From positions 1 through 57,311 of the forward strand of contig JAUCBJ010007786.1 in assembly GCA_032718475.1 (NCBI GenBank): 57,311 bases of DNA. The letters run 5' to 3'. The position numbers were made by a program, and so were the translations under genes. Positions 10,325 to 21,649 of this stretch are shown here, piece by piece; within the stretch, counting starts at the first letter, position 1; every line of letters starts with the position of its first letter. The notes under the pieces are model-generated. The model had not been told where the DNA came from. It saw only the letters and a program-made list of their open reading frames with translations, and searched no databases. This stretch comes from Nemertoderma westbladi (Eukaryota; Animalia; Xenacoelomorpha).

Positions 10325-10859
10325 CAACATATGGAGTGGGTGTGTGACTCTATTATTTTATATTATTTTATTATTTTTATATTTATGTATGTATTACTCT
10401 GTAATTTTATTATAATCGTTTTATTTAATTTAGTAGAATATTATTTAGCGATTATTTAGTAGAATAGTGCAATATGTTCATGTTTATTGCGTACGTAATT
10501 ACTTATATTATATTTAGTGTGACGGTGAGAAACAAGTGTTTTTCTCTTTCCTTACTGTCCGTATTATATTATAAATACCTAACTACAGTAAGATGAAATG
10601 TCCGTACTTATTAAAGTACAATAAAGCCACTACTATATTCAAGTATTATTGGTAGGCAGAGTATTAGGAATGCAAAGTTCAGATCCTCGTGTCTTGGCTA
10701 AACCAAGCTCTGGGTAGACCTTGGAAACGACTTGCCTCTTCACACTGACATTGCTTCGTGCGATATTGCTCTCATACCGTATATTAAATAATACATATAG
10801 TAGCGTGATGTCCCTTTAACAGTAGCGTATAACGCAAAATAAATCTGTTAAACCCTTTG

Positions 10860-11220
10860 ACCATCTGTAATTCTAGTCGATTAAGATATCGCGGCACCCA
10901 CCGATATACTTGAAAGACAAATTCTAGAATCAGTGGTTAACGTCCCCAGACAAGTTCTGGAATAAATCGGTGCCCATCTCAAATATTAATTATTTAATAT
11001 TTGCAAATCCAATAAATCAAAATCTGTAAAATTCAGATCCTTCAACAATTCTAGTCAATTAAGATATCGTAGCATTTACCGATATTCTTAAAAGGACAAT
11101 TTTCATAGAATTAAGGATCTTGTGTCCCCAGACATGTTCTAGACTCAAAATATGTCCATTTAATTATCAAATAATAAAATTTCAGGGAATAAATTTAAAT
11201 TCATGCCTTTTAATGAGTTT
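10860..11220 (+). repeat. Degenerate ~178-bp tandem duplication in the element's 3' non-coding region
   Basis: AATTCTAGTC(G/A)ATTAAGATATCG...GTCCCCAGACA at ~10869 and ~11047. Confidence 0.7.
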
Positions 11221-11969
11221 AATAAATTGCCATTTTTACGCAATTTATAACATTCCCAAAATTCCATTAATTAATAGATCAAGGGAGCGGAGATTTGTCT
11301 TATTATGAGTATGAGTGTGCGAAAGTCTCCCAAACATGGTCAATAGCCGATAAAATTCATAAAGTCATGTATCAAACAGGACATTGACTATTAAAGAATT
11401 ACTATTAAATAACATCCCAGATCTGTATGCATGGGAATTACTCTAATTCTACCGCTAGCTTTGCATAATGTCACCATGGCAACAACCACGCTAGAATTAG
11501 AATTGAGTTAAAAGAACAATAGAAAGCTTGTCCCATTGAATAGCATAGGGAATAAATAGCGCACTGCTAGTATCCAAGGATACATAATAATACAGTGACA
11601 TTCTGGAAGGCATTGACTAACGGACAAATGGCCCGAATGTGCGTAGTTGTGACCAGTTGTGTGGTATTTGTGAGTTTATAGGTGAATGTTACTGCTAAAG
11701 TGTGTTTACAGTAGCTAGTCGCAATCGTGAAAGTAACCTAACTCTCCAAGGAAAACCTGAAGTACATCTAAGCCTTTGGGACGGACAGTGGAGTGACTTG
11801 TGCCGGTTGTCGTTGTCGTTGTGCGGCTACGTCGTTGGCGAAAGTACAGCGGCGACAACACATCGGCGCTGAGGATCTCGCACTGTCCGGGGGCTGATTG
11901 GGGTAGGCAGCGACGCCCGCTCGCCTAAATATAAACTCATTATAATATGGATAAATTTATATAGCAGAT

Positions 11970-13100
11970 ATGATTGAGTTGATAGAAGATGATCTTGGTA
12001 TCAGGGAGCGATATACTCTACCTTTACAAGCGTTTGTTGATAGCTTGATACACGGCGACGCTGGTCCAACTGCTGCGGAGGACGATGATCGTTATATCGA
12101 ACCGCCAATGTCCCAAGAGCAGCTCACGCGTGAGTTGGACTATAAGAAATTCACCGCTCGCTATACGCATCGTAATGGTACGTATGTGGACTTCTTAACT
12201 ACTGGTCATCCTATCGATTTACACGATACGGACAATGTCGACACCAAAAGGGAAATGGTACGATTGAAATATCCTACCCAGCGGAGGCGGAACGATAAAC
12301 CGAGAATGGAACACGAGAATTCTATTCGAAACAGACTCGAAAGAGAAGACGTTGAGGAGCCGGATAAACGCAGCGACTTCAACGATTATCTGGAATTCCT
12401 GATAGAAACATATCTCAATATTGCCAGTCAACAAAATCTAGAAACTCGATATCCTCAAGGTATACATCATGACCGCATGGTAGAACTCAAACGGCTCGAT
12501 TCCCCTATGATGTATCTTACCGCCGATCGACCGCTACCTGTTGTACCGAATAGCTTCGAACGGATGGAGGAATATTGTAAGCTGGAGAAAGATCACTCGC
12601 GTTTCCCCTACAAGACGTACGTTTTTGGGTATTATTGCGATGAATGCCCAAGACCCAACCAACAAACGGAAAGACATAAACATCCGCGGAGACGTTGCTT
12701 TAAACACGGTTTTACTCGCTATACTTACGGGAGTTTCGAGCGAAACTTGTTCAATGTATCACCTACGCTCGTTCGACTCAGACGATCCTTAAATAAACCA
12801 ATGATCAGAGTTTCGGAATACTCGATCAGAGCTCCTCATTCCCTAGTGAGGCCTCAGACTCTTGATCCTATTAGTATGACGGATCCTCCCGAGCTGTACT
12901 CACTGCTCAAAGATCTAGTGTTACCTGAACGATTAGTCGGTGGCACCCCAGTTGTGGGTTTCTTAGATATTAGCCCATCCTACCTAGCCGGATTGGGACG
13001 CGGACATTTAATATCGCCGTTTAACCCTTACCATCGTCCCGGCTTGACACGATATAACCTGTCACCAGAGTGGCGGAGAACGTTGTACCAAACCAGTTAA
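11970..13100 (+). CDS. Orphan 376-aa ORF in the env position of the LTR element
   Basis: Long open frame, more GC-balanced than its flanks. No signal peptide or transmembrane segment seen. Cys/His cluster YYCDECP...HKH...CFKH. Confidence 0.7.
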   Translation: MIELIEDDLGIRERYTLPLQAFVDSLIHGDAGPTAAEDDDRYIEPPMSQEQLTRELDYKKFTARYTHRNGTYVDFLTTGHPIDLHDTDNVDTKREMVRLKYPTQRRRNDKPRMEHENSIRNRLEREDVEEPDKRSDFNDYLEFLIETYLNIASQQNLETRYPQGIHHDRMVELKRLDSPMMYLTADRPLPVVPNSFERMEEYCKLEKDHSRFPYKTYVFGYYCDECPRPNQQTERHKHPRRRCFKHGFTRYTYGSFERNLFNVSPTLVRLRRSLNKPMIRVSEYSIRAPHSLVRPQTLDPISMTDPPELYSLLKDLVLPERLVGGTPVVGFLDISPSYLAGLGRGHLISPFNPYHRPGLTRYNLSPEWRRTLYQTS

Positions 13101-13563
13101 ACGCTATTCTACAAAGATCAGAAAGGAAACCTACGTTTGTTCAGATAAACGTAAGTTGTAACAGCAAGTCCAAGCGATAAACGAATTGTCTTTATCTCAG
13201 TTCGATTGTGAAATCCAGAATCTCTAAGAAGATATCGCACTTAGACAACCCCATTCTCTGCGAGAGTTTTTGGATAAACGTATCCAGCTACGAGCGGAGG
13301 AAAATCAGCTCGAGGAGAAGCATATCGAAACGGCGGATACCCCGACCATAATCCTACACCTTCTGATGCAATCATATTGCACCCTTCACCCAGGATTTAT
13401 AGCCCTCCTAGTAAAGTGGCTCCCCCCAAAGAGAAAAGGACTCTTGCTAGCCTCAAAAAACTGCGTAAACGCCGTCTGCGTAAGAAAGACTAACTGTTTA
13501 GAGTATTTTTATATTTTAGAAACTGTGATTTGTTATATTTTATAGACTTAAATCCCATTTTCT

Positions 13564-13571
13564 GGGAGCGG
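13564..13571 (+). promoter_or_regulatory. Short polypurine tract (GGGAGCGG)
   Basis: Purine-rich run immediately 5' of the 3' LTR. Confidence 0.6.
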
Positions 13572-14757
13572 TGTAAAAGCTTTTGCGTCATTAACCGGTT
13601 ATTTTCCCTTAAAGTACTCTGTAGTTGGTTTGCCAGGCATAAAAAGGCCGTGTCCTTGCTGTACTGGTGTTTTAGAGGACATAAAAGTAATTTCTTATGT
13701 ATTTGTACTGTATTTGTACTTTAGAGGACATAATCCACAATCTCGTGACGCGATAAGCTAGATACTCTTGAAAACAGTGTCGCTACCATGACGATGGCTA
13801 ACAGCTGATATTGCCACGTCGACGTTTCTTTGTTTCTTTGTTCTCTCGTTGTTCGGTTGACCAATCAGAGCGTTTGTTGTCTCTGTGTTGGAGGTGTATA
13901 CAGAGGCTCAGTAGTTCAGTGTTATGTTTTTGCCCAGAGCCTAAGAACCGGCTTTTGGCACCTCCGTGTTTTCAGTTTTTAGCCTTACACTAGTAGGCTT
14001 AATTATAAGGACATATATCCGTTATCTAAACATAACATAACATAACTTACCATACCTAATCAAACAACCTGTGCATACTTTTATATTGTTATACTGCTAT
14101 TTACTGTCGGTTCTTCATAATATGGTTGATGAATTATTATATTTGGAATAACGATAAATAACCCCGAAAACCCAATATTCTTGATATACCGAAGGTAAGA
14201 GAGAAAGGTTACATATAACGATTGTGACTTATGTTAAAGTGGTTTGAAGTGAATCTAATGTTATTTGATAGACCCTACATGATTCGGTCCGTGTTCCTTT
14301 TATATGTGACTAAAATCAGTGAAGATCGGCAGATGAGTGTGCAGTATTGTGCAGCATTGTGTATGAGTGAGACTGATAACGAAGCATTTCCTAAAGAATG
14401 CGCCATATATGTGAATTGTAACTAAGCCATATCGTTGTGAGTAGTTTAAGTCATAACTCTGTTTATATAGATAGAGCGCCACGTCCTAAAGGAACTGTTA
14501 ATATTCCCCGAAGGTGAATAATATTGTCAGAGATTATATAATACTGTCAGTCGAATAATACATTAGGCTTACATAGCAATACGATTAAGCCGTCGAACCC
14601 AATCTCCCGGGTATATCCAGCGGGTGAATGATCGCGCACCGATTGGTTTCGACTAGTGTAGTGAATCAAATACTTGTCAGAGGCTAAAAGTGATTTATTA
14701 TCTAGAAGACATCCTAATTTGGCGGGTTAAACTGCCAAAGGTCTGAAAGCGCGAACA
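13572..14757 (+). repeat. 3' LTR (1186 bp)
   Basis: Direct repeat of 1920-3095. Identity stops exactly at TGT and ACA. Confidence 0.95.
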
Positions 14758-14937
14758 CCAAGTAGTACAGTAGTATTGTAGTATGTAGTACATACGGGAA
14801 GTATTCGATTGAATTTACATTTAGATTTCGAAAAAAATAAGCTAAGGATGTTTAAAGCTATCCATATAAATAACTAACCGTTAACAGTTTGTCCCAATTT
14901 ATTACAACCAACATTCATAATTTGTTAAAGTGAGAAA

Positions 14938-15035
14938 GTGTGTGAAAATGTGCTGGTGGTGTGTGAAAATGTGCTGGTGGTGTGTGAAAATGTGCTGTTT
15001 GTGTGTGAAAATGTGCTGTTTGTGTGTGAAAATGT
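14938..15035. repeat. 21-bp minisatellite (TGTGTGAAAATGTGCTG(GTGG/TTTG))
   Basis: About 4.5 tandem copies. Confidence 0.9.
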
Positions 15036-15057
15036 ACAGTATAGAACATGCAGCATC

Positions 15058-15456
15058 CAATGGCGTTCTACGAATAGGCAAAGGTGTTGTGGTCTCCAAT
15101 GGCGGTCTACGAATAGGGCGAGGTGTCGTGGCAGCATACAATGGCGGTCTACGAATAGGCCAAGGTGTCGTGGTCTCCAATGGCGGTCTAAGAATAGGGC
15201 GAGGTGTCGTGGCAGCATACAATGGCGGTCTACGAATAGGCCAAGGTGTCGTGGTCTCCAATGGCGGTCTACGAATAGGGCAAGGTGCCGTGGCAGCATA
15301 CAATGGCGGTCTACGAATAGGCCAAGGTGTCGTGGTCTCCAATGGCGGTCTACGAATAGGGCGAGGTGTCGTGGTCTCCAATGGCGGTCTACGAATAGGC
15401 CAATGTGTCGTGGTCTCCAATGGCGGTCTAAGAATAGGGCAAGGTGTCGTGGTCTA
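15058..15456. repeat. 39/42-bp minisatellite (CAATGGCGGTCTACGAATAGG...GGTGTCGTGG)
   Basis: About 10 copies with two alternating variants. Confidence 0.92.
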
Positions 15457-15493
15457 CATTAATATTTCGTTTAAAAACGCTTTTTATGTGCAG

Positions 15494-15686
15494 CGCTCAA
15501 ATTCGTGGTCCGAAGAATCGAAAGAACATATGAGAAGAAACTTCGAAGAGTTGGAGAAAAAAATGAGCTCAAAGGACCATCTTAGACTTCCAGTAGACAG
15601 AAGGGGGTTGTCCCCTTCACGACGTTGGCCTAAGGTTAAGGATTGGAATTATGTTTATATTCCATACATAATTACAGGAAAATGGG
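15494..15686 (+). CDS. Astacin (M12A) metalloprotease, exon: propeptide end and mature N-terminus
   Basis: tgtgcag acceptor and gtaagt donor. ..VDRRGLSPSRRWPKV....IPYII matches the astacin RR cleavage/WP/IPY pattern. Phase 1 matches the next exon. Confidence 0.75.
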
Positions 15687-16218
15687 GTAAGTTACCATAA
15701 TCGTTATACATAGCTCTGGGAGGAATAAAAAACCAAAATAATTAAAACTTTATGTAATATGGTGGTTAAGTACAGAAGGCTTCCTGAGAAGTTTTATATG
15801 AAACCACTCATTCACCCAAAACACCAATTACGAAACGTTTGAATGGGGGTACCTATTTGGCGGGGTTTTGTCTCGCTACGGTTAATTTTTTGCGAGTGTA
15901 GTCGAACACAACTTTGAAAGCCGTGGTACGGATACTCAAAGGTCGCAAGCAGCTGCCCATTATTATCTACTGTATACATACAATAAGTAGTTGATTATAT
16001 TCTCACTGCCGCTTTGAATCGAATAGCACGCACATAATCGCTACTGACTTTGCATTTATTTTCCACCGCCAAGCAATTCTACGTGTCTACGTAGGATAAT
16101 AAAACAGATTTAGGGACAACTTTGAAAACATTTTCTTGTTCTCGATCATAAGGTATTTCCATTCCAGATTATTTTTATGTTAAATGTTATCAAATGTTAC
16201 CTGCAATACATCTCATAG

Positions 16219-16451
16219 GAAATCAGCTTGAAACGGAACAATTCATTAATGACGCAAAGAAACAATGGAGCGATGGAACTTGTATTCGTTTTATACCGGC
16301 AAACGAAGCGAAACTCAACGAACCCGACTACTTCGTTCTCAATATCACCAACAGCGACCCGGGCGATAGTTTCCTTGGTTCTGGGGGTTTCTTCAGCTCA
16401 TTTAATGACAACAAGATTCAACTCAGGGAGAGTGGATTGAATGTTTCTGGC
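16219..16451 (+). CDS. Astacin exon (W...TCIRF region)
   Basis: KQWSDGTCIRFIP; catag acceptor, gtgagt donor; phases consistent. Confidence 0.85.
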
Positions 16452-16707
16452 GTGAGTAACTTTTATTTATTTATATTTTTGTTTTTATATTTATTTATAC
16501 ATTATAGACCTAATTGCATAAAAATGAAATATCATCCCACTGCCATACTGTATATTTAGTATCAATATTCAATAATTTAATACTAGTAATGTTATTGAAC
16601 GATTTCTGCCATGGAGAATTATATTTCGATTGATATTATAGGTCGATATAAATAATGTTTTTCAAATTAATTATTTCGATTGATATTATTATAACTCGTT
16701 TTAAATA

Positions 16708-17715
16708 AAACAATTGAATTATTCCAACCAATAATTAATTATAGCTCGTTTAAATATAGATCAGCTGGTAACCAGCTGATCTCTTGAGTACTGCAGTGTG
16801 CAGCGCATGCAGTATACTGGTACAACACTACTACCTGCTGTTGTCGGCCATGCAGTATACTGGTACAACACTACTACGAGGCATGCTGCATTGCGGCTGC
16901 ATTTTTAAGAATGCTGTGCCGGCTTGTCAACAAAATTGCACCGCCACAACTCCCTATCACCCATGACATTTGCTAGATCATCCGCATCTTTAAGGCCAGT
17001 GTCCTTTAAGATGCGTCTCAAGAAAGTCATGGGCTGTCCACCATGCTTATTCACTCCATGAGGCTGCCAAAGTACAAGATTATGCACTGGCTGGTCCTCA
17101 CGCAGAAAGCAATGAACAATTGAATTGAAACAATTGAATTATTCCAACCAATAATTAATTATAGCTCGTTTAAATATAGATCAGCTGGTAACCAGCTGAT
17201 CTCTTGAGTACTGCAGTGTGCAGCGCATGCAGTATACTGGTACAACACTACTACCTGCTGTTGTCGGCCATGCAGTATACTGGTACAACACTACTACGAG
17301 GCATGCTGCATTGCGGCTGCATTTTTAAGAATGCTGTGCCGGCTTGTCAACAAAATTGCACCGCCACAACTCCCTATCACCCATGACATTTGCTAGATCA
17401 TCCGCATCTTTAAGGCCAGTGTCCTTTAAGATGCGTCTCAAGAAAGTCATGGGCTGTCCACCATGCTTATTCACTCCATGAGGCTGCCAAAGTACAAGAT
17501 TATGCACTGGCTGGTCCTCACGCAGAAAGCAATGAACAATTGAATTGAAACAATTGAATTATTCCAACCAATAATTAATTATAGCTCGTTTAAATATAGA
17601 TCAGCTGGTAACCAGCTGATCTCTTGAGTACTGCAGTGTGCAGCGCATGCAGTATACTGGTACAACACTACTACCTGCTGTTGTCGGCCATGCAGTATAC
17701 TGGTACAACACTACT
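16708..17715. repeat. 420-bp tandem duplication (2 full + partial); each full unit holds an inverted RTE 3' fragment
   Basis: Identical ORFs offset by 420 (16784/17204/17624). The fragment matches ~23170-23404. Confidence 0.9.
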
Positions 17716-18592
17716 ACCTGCTGTTGTCGGCCATGCAGTATACTGGTACAACAGTACTACCTGCTGTTGTCGTCCATGCTGTATACTGGTAAAACAGTAC
17801 TACCTGCTGTTGTCGCCCATGCAGTATACTGGTACAACAGTACTACCTGCTGTTGTCGGCCATGCAGTATACTGGTACAACAGTACTGCTGTTGTCGGAT
17901 ATGCAGTATACTGGTACAACAGTACCACCTGCTGTTGTCGTCCATGCAGTATACTGGTACAACAGTACTACCTGCTGTTGTCGGCCATGCAGTATACTGG
18001 TACAACAGTACTGCTGTCGTCGTCCATGCAGTATACTGGTACAACAGTACTACCTGCTGTTGTCGGCCATGCAGTATACTGGTACAACAGTACTGCTGTT
18101 GTCGGACATGCAGTATACTGGTACAACAGTACTACCTGCTGTTGTCGGCCATGCAGTATACTGGTACAACAGTACTACCTGCTGTTGTCGTCCATGCAGT
18201 ATACTGGTGCAACAGTACTGCCTGCTGTTGCCGTCCATGCAGTATACTGGTACGAAATTACTACCTGCTGTTGTCGGCCATGCAGTATACTGGTACAACA
18301 GTACTACATGCTGTTGTCGTCCATGCAGTATACTGGTACAACAGTACTACCTGCTGTTGTCGTCCATGCAGTATACTGGTACAACAGTACTACCTGCTGT
18401 TGTCGTCCATGCAGTATACTGGTACAACAGTACTACCTGCTGTTGTCGTCCATGCAGTATACTGGTACAACAGTACTACCTGCTGTTGTCGTCCATGCAG
18501 TATACTGGTACAACAGTACTACCTGCTGTTGTCGGCCATGCAGTATACTGGTACAACAGTACTACCTGCTGTTGTCGGCCATGCAGTACTGG
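17646..18592. repeat. 43-bp (variant 37-bp) minisatellite with palindrome CAGTATACTG
   Basis: CATGCAGTATACTGGTACAACAGTACTACCTGCTGTTGTCG(G/T)C, over 20 copies. It generates the spurious ORFs here. Confidence 0.95.
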
Positions 18593-19039
18593 AAACTTGA
18601 GGACTAGCTGGAAATGAAGCCTCAATAGATCAGCTGGTTATACCAGCTGATCTATTATCTATTTATCGGTAGAAATAATTCAACAGTCTTATTTAAAACG
18701 AGTTATAATACTACATCAAGCAAAATAATTCAGACAACATGTTTTAAATCAACTAATAATATTTTAGGCAAAATAACGCAATTTTGAAACTTATCAATAA
18801 TATCAAGCGAAATAATTAAGTTAAAAAAACATTATTTAAAACGACAAAGAATAGCAATTGAAATAATTCAAAACGATAAATAATATCACTCGAATTAAAT
18901 TATTGAATATTGATATTAAATGTACAGTATGCATTACAAACCACTCGCCTCCTACTTTTTGATACCATCACCTTCTACTTAAATTGTCTCAAACGTAAAG
19001 TTTATATAATATTTGTTTTGTATGCAATTCAATCATCTC

Positions 19040-19812
19040 TGATGATTGGATGATCTCGGCTCGGATGGGTGGCCTCGGTTTGAGCTCCGCATTGCAGCTA
19101 GCACCTTCTGCCTATTCGGCCTCAGCTGCCTTGTGAGCCGCTCTCTCGGGCCGTCGAGCCATCGGGTCCTCACCCCTCGAATTCCCTCGCCCACGAGGCG
19201 TGGAAGGACGCCCGCCCTACCAACACCCAAACACCAATGGACTCAGCGAGACAGCGTGCGTGGATGGAGCCACTGCACGAGGCGAACCGCGCGGCTCTTC
19301 GGGCCGCCGCCACGACGCAACTGGAGATTGCCCGCCTCAATGCGGTTGACGATCCAGTCTCCGGTTGCTGGCTCGACGCCATTCCCATCAGTGCGTTGGG
19401 ACTGAAACTCACCGACGCCCAGTTCCGAGTTTCGGTCGCCACACACCGTCGTCGACACCCCCCCCCCCCGCCCGCTACCAGTCATCTCGCTGCTCTTGCA
19501 GTGGCCGGCCGCCGTGTTGTCGAGGAGGTGGAGAACACGAAGATCGCGAAGTACGAGGAACCAGTCGACCGAGGCTACCTATTCCACCCGGTAGCCTTTG
19601 AGACCTTCGATCGACCCGGCCCTGAGACGGCTGCATTCCTAACGGAGGTGGGCAACCGCCTCAAAGCATTCACTCAAGAGCCGAGGTCCCATCGGTTCCT
19701 CCTCCAACGCATCCTTATAGCCACCCTGGTCGGCAACACGGGCCTCCATCGCTACCGCGGACCCTACACTGCCAGAGGGTCTGACGTCTGTACTGTACGA
19801 CCTCCTCTCTGA
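19040..19812 (+). mobile_element. GC-rich, internally deleted fragment of a CRE-like (RLE-type) non-LTR retrotransposon
   Basis: WLDAIPISALGLKL...FRVSVA and K.AKY......FHPVAFETF...G motifs of the post-RT / restriction-like endonuclease region. Confidence 0.65.
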
Positions 19813-20498
19813 TCCCCCAGCCCCCGCACACAGCGGGTCAGACTGCTTGACTGACTTTTTTTTAGGATTATTTTTATTTTATAATATTGGGTATTATTAT
19901 TAGTTGCTTTGTGTTCGTTTTTGTTTTGGTTTTTGCTATTTGTTGCATGTAGAATTTCCATTAATTAATATTTATGTATTATTTAATTTATTTAATCATA
20001 CAACTAATAAAAACAATTAATAAACTCAATCATAATAATTATTTTTTATAATAATAATCCTTTTGTATTTAGTACCAGTTTCGACGAATTGTGCTCAGCA
20101 CTTACTTACGCTTTGAAAATGATTTGGCATTAATAAATCGAAACGTCAGCTCTATTGTATTATTATTTATAATTTTTCAAATATGTCATTATGAAATTCA
20201 AAATATATGCGCTTTTCGCAATATGATATACATGAAAATTCGATGCAAATTCTACTTACATATAATTTACATATAATTCACATGAATAAATTAATGTTTC
20301 ACCCGTAAAAATATTTAATTGAAACGGCATTTTTGGACATTAACAAGGTAATATTGAATACAGTAGAAATGATGTGGTTTGTATTGATTGAAAATTTGTT
20401 TTGGGTTATATGCCAAACCGACTGCTTATAATTTTGCATGCAACATCTACAGTAAGTTATCCAATACCAACTCAGATAGAACTTTTCTTTGATTGCAG

Positions 20499-20711
20499 CA
20501 CGCAATTATTCTTCACGAGATGGCTCACGTCTTGGGAATGGGACACGAGCACCTTCGTCACGACAGGGACAACTACATCCGCATTGACTGGGACAATATG
20601 AACTCCAACTGCTCCGTTTACGACCAATACGGTAAAGTTTACAGCGCCGATAAATGGTCTACATTCTACCTCCCATACGATTTCCATAGCGTCACACACT
20701 ACGCGTCATCA
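20499..20711 (+). CDS. Astacin exon with the zinc-binding motif
   Basis: HEMAHVLGMGHEHLRHDRDNYI and PYDFHSVTHY; ttgcag acceptor, gttagt donor. Confidence 0.93.
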
Positions 20712-21364
20712 GTTAGTCCGCCGGGTTAACACAATTATACAGTAGTCCCAGTTCATTCATGAACCTATATGTGTCCATACATGTATTATTATATTCAATA
20801 CGAAATTATAACTTCTCCATCAGCAACAAATTTTTATGGGTACTATACCGATTATCAGCATAATTAAATTGGTATAAAAAAAGTGTTGTAATTCGTAAAG
20901 CCAAATTATGGTTTGGTTATGCCGGCGTGAAATACTGGGACTTCTACGTTTTTTTAACCTTTTCCTGCAATACACTATTCTATAAAATCACGAGGCTAAA
21001 ATTAGAGGAAAAATTAAGATCATTCCAAAAACAATATTCAAGCCTAAGATTCTAAACAGATTCCTAAGATTCTGCAATCAGTAATCATACATCTTTTGTT
21101 CATAGCTGTGATATCAACATCTGATGAGAGTTAACGGCCAACGACGATAATGTGGAATAATGAGATGCTTATACTAAATAATAATAATATTTATTATATT
21201 ATATTATTTTATAACGTTATAATAATTTAAAACAATAAAATTTAAAATTATTAAACTGCAAAAAAAAAAATAAATTTAATATTAAATAACATAAAATAAA
21301 ATTGAATTATTACAAATACAAGATACTGTAATATAAATTTAGAATTTATTATTATAATTCATGT

Positions 21365-21648
21365 ACCAGTACCGCGGCAGACTTGTAGTATGAGGTAGAC
21401 CTGTAGCAGGCAATACCTGGAGACTGATAGAAGCCCGGCCGCCAGTACCGGTAGACTTGTAGAAGGCCAATACCTGGAGACTGATAGCAGCCCAGTACCG
21501 GTAGACTTGTAGAAGGCCAAAACCTGGAGACTGGTAGCAGGCCAGTACCAGTAGACTTGTAGCAGGTAGCAGGCCAGTACCTGTAGACTTGTAGAAGGCC
21601 ACTGGAGACTGGTAGCAGGCCAGTACCAGTAGCAGGTAGCAGACCAGC
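21365..21648. repeat. Degenerate minisatellite (CCAGTACCGGTAGACTTGTAGAAGGCC..)
   Basis: Repeated motifs seen directly. Confidence 0.75.
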
Positions 21649-21649
21649 C

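Larger units (their letters stand above)
1920..14757 (+). mobile_element. BEL/Pao-type LTR retrotransposon, non-autonomous (gag-pro, RT/IN deleted, extra 3' ORF)
   Basis: Two direct long repeats TGTAAAAGC...GCGAACA flank ORFs with the BEL Gag triple zinc knuckle, DSG protease and an RNase H C-terminal remnant. Confidence 0.93.
16544..18931. mobile_element. Foldback/MITE-like element with long imperfect TIRs enclosing duplications and a minisatellite
   Basis: CATACTGTATATTTAGTATCAATATTCAATAATTTA versus TAAATTATTGAATATTGATATTAAATGTACAGTATG. Palindrome AGATCAGCTGG..CCAGCTGATCT at the inner end of both arms. Confidence 0.65.

Noticed and set aside
11970-13100. ORF3 as an envelope gene
   Set aside because: No signal peptide, fusion peptide or TM anchor visible.
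14902-15462. Long repetitive ORFs on both strands
   Set aside because: By-products of minisatellites. Only the 3' part of ORF 14930-15700 (from 15494) is a plausible exon.
17646-18592. CRISPR-like array with palindromic repeats (also 23480-24298, 15058-15456, 53857-54547)
   Set aside because: Units are contiguous with no unique spacers, there are no cas genes, and the context is eukaryotic introns; these are minisatellites.
17624-18617. Cys/Tyr-rich 250-330 aa ORFs
   Set aside because: Open in three frames because the repeat lacks stops.
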